A program made the translations under genes and the position numbers. The notes under the pieces were generated by a model that did no database searches, had not been told where the DNA came from, and was given only the letters and a program-made list of their open reading frames with translations. 64,000 bases of DNA, taken from NCBI GenBank assembly GCA_964536485.1, contig CAZHXX010000007.1, positions 1,937-65,936 on the forward strand, in the 5' to 3' direction. Shown here piece after piece: positions 54,188 to 64,000 of this stretch; position 1 is the stretch's first letter, and each line of letters starts with the position of its first letter. This DNA is from an uncultured Candidatus Saccharibacteria bacterium (lineage in GTDB: Bacteria > Patescibacteriota > Saccharimonadia > Saccharimonadales > SZUA-47).

Positions 54188-57160
54188 ATGTTTTCCGTAC
54201 TTATCGTCGTAAGTATCATAGTTGCCATTATCGGTGTTAGTGTGGCTATTGCTTTTATGCATACGCGCAAGCTGTGGCGTGAACAAAAGAATTTTGAACG
54301 TGGGCTTAAGATGGTGCCGATGCTCATTCACCTTCCACCGGCGAGTGATGACATTGAAGTTGGTGGAAGAGATGCCCGTGATGTTGTTGATGAAACTATT
54401 TCGAAGGCACAGACACTTTATGACATTATCGCAAGTACTGTTCAGAAGGGCTTTAAGTCTAAGTTTTATGGTCAGAGGCATTTTGCGTTTGAGATTATAG
54501 GGACCAAAGGATTTGTTCATTATTATGCTGCAGTACCAGTTACTCTTGTGGAGGTCGTACAGCAAGCAGTGGTGAGTGCCTATCCGTCGGCTCGCCTGGA
54601 AGAGGTTGAGGAACACAACATATTTTCTCCTGTGGGGAGAACGAGCGGCACCATGGGCGGAGAGCTCGTCCTGAAAGAAGACTACGCCTATCCGATTGCG
54701 ACGTATCATGATCTTAAGCGAGACACTATTCAGTCAGTACTTAATGCGCTTTCTACCCTCGATAAAGAAGACGGGGCAGGGATTCAGATTTTGATGCGAC
54801 CTGCCACGAGTGACTGGCGTAAGTCTGCCCTGAGCGTTGCGGCAAAGAAGCGTAAGAACGAACACTCGAAGAGTAAGACCAAAATTGTGTCGGGTTGGTT
54901 TGGCCAACTTTTGTATGCGCCTTTTAAGCCACCAGAAGAATCTTCACATGAGAAAAAAGAAGAGAAGCCACTGAGTAGTGTTGACCAAGCACTTATCGAC
55001 GGCATAGAAGATAAGACTCGCCATGCTGCGTACGAGGTGTGTATACGGGTGGTTGCATCTTCTAATATTTCTCAACGTGCACAATCTATCTTGAATAGTA
55101 TTGTGGCGACATTCTCACTGTATGATGCGCCTGGTAAGAACGGGTTTAAGTATATTCCGGCCAAGGATATTGACAGTTTTATTACTGCCTATATTATGCG
55201 GTTCTTCCCACCAGAGAATAATAAGACAATTTTGAATGCTGTGGAGCTTGCTACCATATTCCACTTTCCAGACCAGAGTAGTATTCCAACAACACAGCTT
55301 GAGCGACAAGCTTCAAAACAGGCTGACGGTCCACGAAATATGCCGGAAGAAGGGTTGCACCTAGGCTACAACGTTTTCCGTAGTGTGAAGAAGCCAGTAC
55401 GTATTGCGCAAGCAGACCGAGCACGTCACATGTATGTTGTGGGGCAAACAGGAACGGGTAAATCTACCTTTCTTGAGAATCTCGCGTTTCAAGACATGCT
55501 TAACGGGGAAGGGTTTGCCTTTATTGACCCGCACGGTGATACCGCAGAGAAACTGCTTGCCTCTGTACCTAAGGAAAGAACTGAAGATGTCATTTATTTC
55601 TGTCCTGCTGATATGGAATATCCGCTCGGACTGAACTTGTTTGAATTCGAGAACCCTGACGAACAAGACTTCTTGATCCAGGAAGCTATCAATATGCTTT
55701 ATAAACTTTATGATCCTCAGCACCAAGGTATTATCGGCCCACGCTACGAACACTGGTTCCGTATGGCGTCTCGTACTATTATGGCCGACCCAGCTGGTGC
55801 AACGTTTATTGATATACCAAAGGTTTTTACTGATAACCAGTACGCAAAAGAAAAGCTCGCTTTTGTGAAAGATAAGGTAGTGCTTGATTTTTGGAATAAG
55901 GAAATGGCCCAGACAAGCGATTATCACAAGAGTGAGGTCTTGGGCTGGTTTGTGAGTAAGTTCGGTGCCTTTATGGCCAACGAGATGATGCGCAATATTA
56001 TCGGGCAAGTAAAAAGCTCGTTCAATTTGCGTGAGATAATGGATAATAAAAAGATTTTGATCGTAAACCTGAGCAAAGGACGTACGGGTGAGCTAAACTC
56101 TAAGCTTTTGGGTATGATTTTTGTGATGAAATTCCAGGCTGCAGCTATGAGCCGCGCCAGTATCGATGAAGACAAGCGCGTAGATTTTTGTCTGTATGTT
56201 GATGAGTTCCAGAACTTCTCTACTGATAGCTTTGCGACAATTATGTCCGAAGCGCGAAAGTACCATCTCAACTTGATTGTTGCGAACCAGTTTACGACAC
56301 AGTTGACTGAAGAAATTCGAGATGCTGTTTTTGGTAACATTGGTACTATTGTGTCTTTCCGTGTCGGACAGGATGAGGATGCTGAAGCTTTAGCGAAGCG
56401 ATTTAAGCCTGTCTTTGATGCCAGCGACCTACTCCGAATACCAAACTATAATATGGTGATTCGTACGCTCATTGGAGGTGTACCAACGCAAGCATTTAGT
56501 ATGCTAGGGATTCCGCCACTTACAAAGCCAAATAAGGAGCTGGGAGATGCGCTTAAACAACTTTCGGCAGCGAAGCATGGGCGACCACGCGCGATCGTAG
56601 AGAAAGAGATATTTGACCGTTTGCAGACATCTGATGATCTTGCTCCGGTTGCGAAGCCGACAGCCGGCTCTATGGGGGGCAGGCCGGCCGCTCCAGCACG
56701 CCCGACCACAGGCTCTTCTTTTCTGGACGACTGGCTTCAGAAGAAAGAGACTAATAGCTTTAAAGCGCCAACTTCTCCGTTTGCAAAAGACCAACCACAG
56801 CAACAGTCTACAACGAATGTTGCCCCAGTAGCCGAACCAGTGTCTACATATGGGCCAGCACCAGCTAGTGGCCCAACACCAGTTGTGTCATCTTCACCGT
56901 TGCAACCTGTAGCGCCATCTGAGCTTAGTGATGCATATACGCAAATGTCGGCGCCATCAAGTCAAAGTGCTCCTCAGCAAGAGGGATCTGCTCTGGCTAG
57001 TCCTGTGCCGGCTCAGTATGTAGGTCCTCTGTATGATGATATGACCCAGTCTGCACCACAAATGCAGGACGCTTCAATGGACATAGACACCAATGAGGGC
57101 GTGATTCATCAAAACAATACTCCTACTAGCGACGAAGAGACAACGATTCATATTCGTTAG
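54188..57160 (+). CDS. membrane-anchored FtsK/HerA-superfamily ATPase, VirD4/TraD coupling-protein-like
   Basis: N-terminal TM helix, Walker A GQTGTGKST, FIDPHGD, Walker B YVDEFQNF, ARKYHLNLIVANQ. The C-terminal ~200 aa are P/S/Q-rich and look disordered. Confidence 0.65.
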   Translation: MFSVLIVVSIIVAIIGVSVAIAFMHTRKLWREQKNFERGLKMVPMLIHLPPASDDIEVGGRDARDVVDETISKAQTLYDIIASTVQKGFKSKFYGQRHFAFEIIGTKGFVHYYAAVPVTLVEVVQQAVVSAYPSARLEEVEEHNIFSPVGRTSGTMGGELVLKEDYAYPIATYHDLKRDTIQSVLNALSTLDKEDGAGIQILMRPATSDWRKSALSVAAKKRKNEHSKSKTKIVSGWFGQLLYAPFKPPEESSHEKKEEKPLSSVDQALIDGIEDKTRHAAYEVCIRVVASSNISQRAQSILNSIVATFSLYDAPGKNGFKYIPAKDIDSFITAYIMRFFPPENNKTILNAVELATIFHFPDQSSIPTTQLERQASKQADGPRNMPEEGLHLGYNVFRSVKKPVRIAQADRARHMYVVGQTGTGKSTFLENLAFQDMLNGEGFAFIDPHGDTAEKLLASVPKERTEDVIYFCPADMEYPLGLNLFEFENPDEQDFLIQEAINMLYKLYDPQHQGIIGPRYEHWFRMASRTIMADPAGATFIDIPKVFTDNQYAKEKLAFVKDKVVLDFWNKEMAQTSDYHKSEVLGWFVSKFGAFMANEMMRNIIGQVKSSFNLREIMDNKKILIVNLSKGRTGELNSKLLGMIFVMKFQAAAMSRASIDEDKRVDFCLYVDEFQNFSTDSFATIMSEARKYHLNLIVANQFTTQLTEEIRDAVFGNIGTIVSFRVGQDEDAEALAKRFKPVFDASDLLRIPNYNMVIRTLIGGVPTQAFSMLGIPPLTKPNKELGDALKQLSAAKHGRPRAIVEKEIFDRLQTSDDLAPVAKPTAGSMGGRPAAPARPTTGSSFLDDWLQKKETNSFKAPTSPFAKDQPQQQSTTNVAPVAEPVSTYGPAPASGPTPVVSSSPLQPVAPSELSDAYTQMSAPSSQSAPQQEGSALASPVPAQYVGPLYDDMTQSAPQMQDASMDIDTNEGVIHQNNTPTSDEETTIHIR

Positions 57161-57195
57161 TAAAACTTACTTTTCGAGCAAGGCTAGCTAGGAGG

Positions 57196-57747
57196 CTATC
57201 TTTTCTTGAACGTTTTCCAGAGGAGCTCGATAAGAAGCCCCAGGACCATACCGGTTGCAAAGAGAAGGATGACAGCGAGGTAGTTATATTCGTAGCCGTA
57301 GCGCTTTGTGGTCCATAAAAGCAAAGATGTACCAATTGCGGCGAAAAGTGCACCACCGAGCATGCTAGACGGTCTGGCAACCGTTTTTCCTACAAACTCA
57401 GATGGCTTGTCTAGAACTTTGCTGTGGACTGCTTTGCTAAAATAGCGAGATGGCAGAGACAGCCTCTTTTGAACACGAAGCATTGTTCGTGAATATGCCA
57501 TATCTTTAAGCTGTTTATTAATGAGTACTGGGTGCTGTCTTTGAGGCGCACGTTCTGCTCGGGGTACCTCTTTCCCGCTTATTGCTTGTTGCTCAACTCG
57601 TTTTGCTATTTCGCCGATCTCTTGTTTGTTGTCTGGTTGTTTTTCGGCTTTTGACTCAAGTTCTTTACGTATAGCGTCGAGGTGCTCGCGTGCTTCATTC
57701 ACAGGCTTTAAGACTTCGTGAGATTGTTTTGGAGCGAACTCTGACAT
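57196..57747 (-). CDS. hypothetical membrane protein
   Basis: 183 aa with a charged N-terminal half and two C-terminal TM helices. Confidence 0.5.
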   Translation of the reverse strand: MSEFAPKQSHEVLKPVNEAREHLDAIRKELESKAEKQPDNKQEIGEIAKRVEQQAISGKEVPRAERAPQRQHPVLINKQLKDMAYSRTMLRVQKRLSLPSRYFSKAVHSKVLDKPSEFVGKTVARPSSMLGGALFAAIGTSLLLWTTKRYGYEYNYLAVILLFATGMVLGLLIELLWKTFKKR

Positions 57748-57749
57748 TA

Positions 57750-62465
<4,716 letters not shown>

Positions 62466-62466
62466 T

Positions 62467-64000
62467 ATGAATGATGACAACAAAAAACCACGAGAAGAAA
62501 ATGAAGAGATGGATGCTCCAGTTGTAGAAGTGCTGGAAAAACCGGCTCAGACGCACTCACGTATTGTTGAAGACAAGAGTGTTGAGACAATCATGCAGGA
62601 TAGCTACTTGCGCTATTCAATGAGCGTTATTATCGACCGCGCTTTGCCTGATGTGCGTGATGGCTTGAAGCCAGTGCACCGACGTATCTTATATACGATG
62701 CATGATTCAGGGTTGCGGAGTACCTCAAGACACCGCAAGAGTGCAACCGTTGTTGGTGACGTTATGGGTAAGTATCACCCGCACGGCGACAGCTCTATCT
62801 ACGATGCCATGGTCCGTATGGCACAGCCGTGGTCCATGCGCTATATGCTCGTAAATGGGCAGGGTAACTTTGGTAGCATGGATGGAGATCCGCCGGCTGC
62901 TTACCGATACACCGAGGCGAAGATGGAACGTTTGGCAGATGAGATTTTGGCCGATATCGATAAAGAGACGGTTGACTTTCGTGAAAACTACGACGGAACG
63001 AAGCAAGAACCAAGCGTCTTGCCAGCAAAATTACCAAACCTTTTGCTGAATGGTCAGCTTGGTATTGCCGTTGGTATGGCGACTAATATTCCGCCACACA
63101 ATCTCGGTGAGCTACTAGATGCAACTATCTACCAGATCGATCATGATGATGCGACTGTTGATGACTTGTTGCAATTTGTTCAGGGACCAGACTTCCCGAC
63201 AGGCGGCATTATTTACGGCAAAGAAAGCTTGCGCGCAGCTTATGCAACGGGGCGTGGTGGCGTGGTTGTCCGAGGCGTGGCAGAGATTGTCGAAAATGCT
63301 AAGGGTAAACAACAAATTGTTATTTCCGAGATTCCTTATGGGCTTAACAAAGCTTCGTTGATTGAAAAGATTGCTGATCTCCATAAAGAAAAGAAGGTGT
63401 TGGGCATTGCTGACCTGCGCGATGAAAGTGCTCGTGGCGAGGTAAAGATTGTCATAGACCTGAAGCGCGATGCCTTTCCTAAGAAACTTCTGAATCAGTT
63501 GTTTAAGCTCACCCCACTGCAAAGCTCATTCAACTTCAACATGATGGCCTTGGTTGACGGTATTCAACCGCGAGTGCTTGGTTTGCAAGATATTATTGTT
63601 GAGCATATTAAACATCGTCAGATTGTGGTCCGAAGACGAACAGAATATGAACTTCGCAAAGCAAAGGATCGCGCCCACATTTTGGAAGGGTTGAAGATTG
63701 CGCTTGATCATATAGATGAGGTGATTGCGACTATTCGTGCTAGTGAGACTACAGACGAAGCGCAGGCAAACTTAATAAAGAAGTTTAATCTCTCAGAGTT
63801 GCAGGCAAAAGCAATTTTGGCGATGCAGTTGCGTACACTTGCAGGACTTGAACGTCAGAAGATTGAAGACGAACTTGCAGAGCTCATGAAGCTCATCACT
63901 GAGCTGGAAGCTATTTTATCTGACGAAAAGCGAATTCTGGCTATTATTAAAGACGAATTCCTAGAGCTGAAGAAATCTTACGCAGATGAACGACGCACAA
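62467..64000 (+). CDS. gyrA: DNA gyrase subunit A (3' end beyond the window)
   Basis: Not in the ORF track because it has no stop within the window. [53 protein letters not shown]. Confidence 0.92.
   Translation, partial: MNDDNKKPREENEEMDAPVVEVLEKPAQTHSRIVEDKSVETIMQDSYLRYSMSVIIDRALPDVRDGLKPVHRRILYTMHDSGLRSTSRHRKSATVVGDVMGKYHPHGDSSIYDAMVRMAQPWSMRYMLVNGQGNFGSMDGDPPAAYRYTEAKMERLADEILADIDKETVDFRENYDGTKQEPSVLPAKLPNLLLNGQLGIAVGMATNIPPHNLGELLDATIYQIDHDDATVDDLLQFVQGPDFPTGGIIYGKESLRAAYATGRGGVVVRGVAEIVENAKGKQQIVISEIPYGLNKASLIEKIADLHKEKKVLGIADLRDESARGEVKIVIDLKRDAFPKKLLNQLFKLTPLQSSFNFNMMALVDGIQPRVLGLQDIIVEHIKHRQIVVRRRTEYELRKAKDRAHILEGLKIALDHIDEVIATIRASETTDEAQANLIKKFNLSELQAKAILAMQLRTLAGLERQKIEDELAELMKLITELEAILSDEKRILAIIKDEFLELKKSYADERRT

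Noticed and set aside
53939-54709. Long antisense ORFs inside well-supported genes: 53939-54709 (256 aa), 55361-56008, 40730-41308, 39346-39888, 2614-3159, 60840-61343
   Set aside because: Each lies opposite a gene with strong family motifs (ATPase, dehydrogenase, tgt, pilT, gyrB). Each has an odd composition and no motifs of its own.

Overview
Gene-dense 64-kb chromosomal window. The gene content suggests a small-genome Patescibacteria/CPR bacterium, probably Saccharibacteria-like: a complete type IV pilus operon, an LPXTG-anchored giant surface protein, compact housekeeping genes and many lineage-specific hypotheticals. This assignment is an inference from gene content only; no search was run. 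Layout: 1-9.5 kb is a T4P operon (PilO-like, pilB, pilT, pilC, major pilin, pilD, four minor pilin-like genes). 9.5-13 kb holds a XerC/D-like recombinase, ndk, tRNA-Arg and a PPIase. 13-32.5 kb is an accessory, visibly AT-richer stretch of mostly hypothetical genes with tRNA-Asp, hydrolases, a deaminase and a stand-alone reverse transcriptase. 32.5-52.4 kb is mostly housekeeping (NUDIX, TspO, ArsR, tRNA-Thr/Gly, GT2, nrdR, tgt, tRNA-Val, thrS, miaA, rpmB, RNase H, RNase P RNA, rplT-rpmI-infC, comM). 52.4-53.4 kb is an unusual ~1-kb non-coding AT-rich gap. 53.4-60.4 kb has a membrane FtsK/VirD4-like ATPase and a surface-protein module, and 60.5-64 kb has gyrB-gyrA. Four things stand out. (i) Nine copies, at six loci, of a ~230-290-nt hairpin-rich repeat unit with compensatory stem changes; three loci are inverted dimers, two dimers bracket a 4-kb island, and one single unit sits co-oriented upstream of the RT. 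(ii) A 439-aa stand-alone RT (YSDD) with a ~0.5-kb structured non-coding upstream region, a candidate defence-type RT/ncRNA system. (iii) Four ~35-nt direct repeats at gene-cassette junctions next to the RT. (iv) tRNA-associated scars: two 5'-half tRNA copies that share a GCCAGTGGC hairpin, and a 16-nt tRNA-Asp 3'-end duplication. No CRISPR array, rRNA or recognisable transposase was seen.
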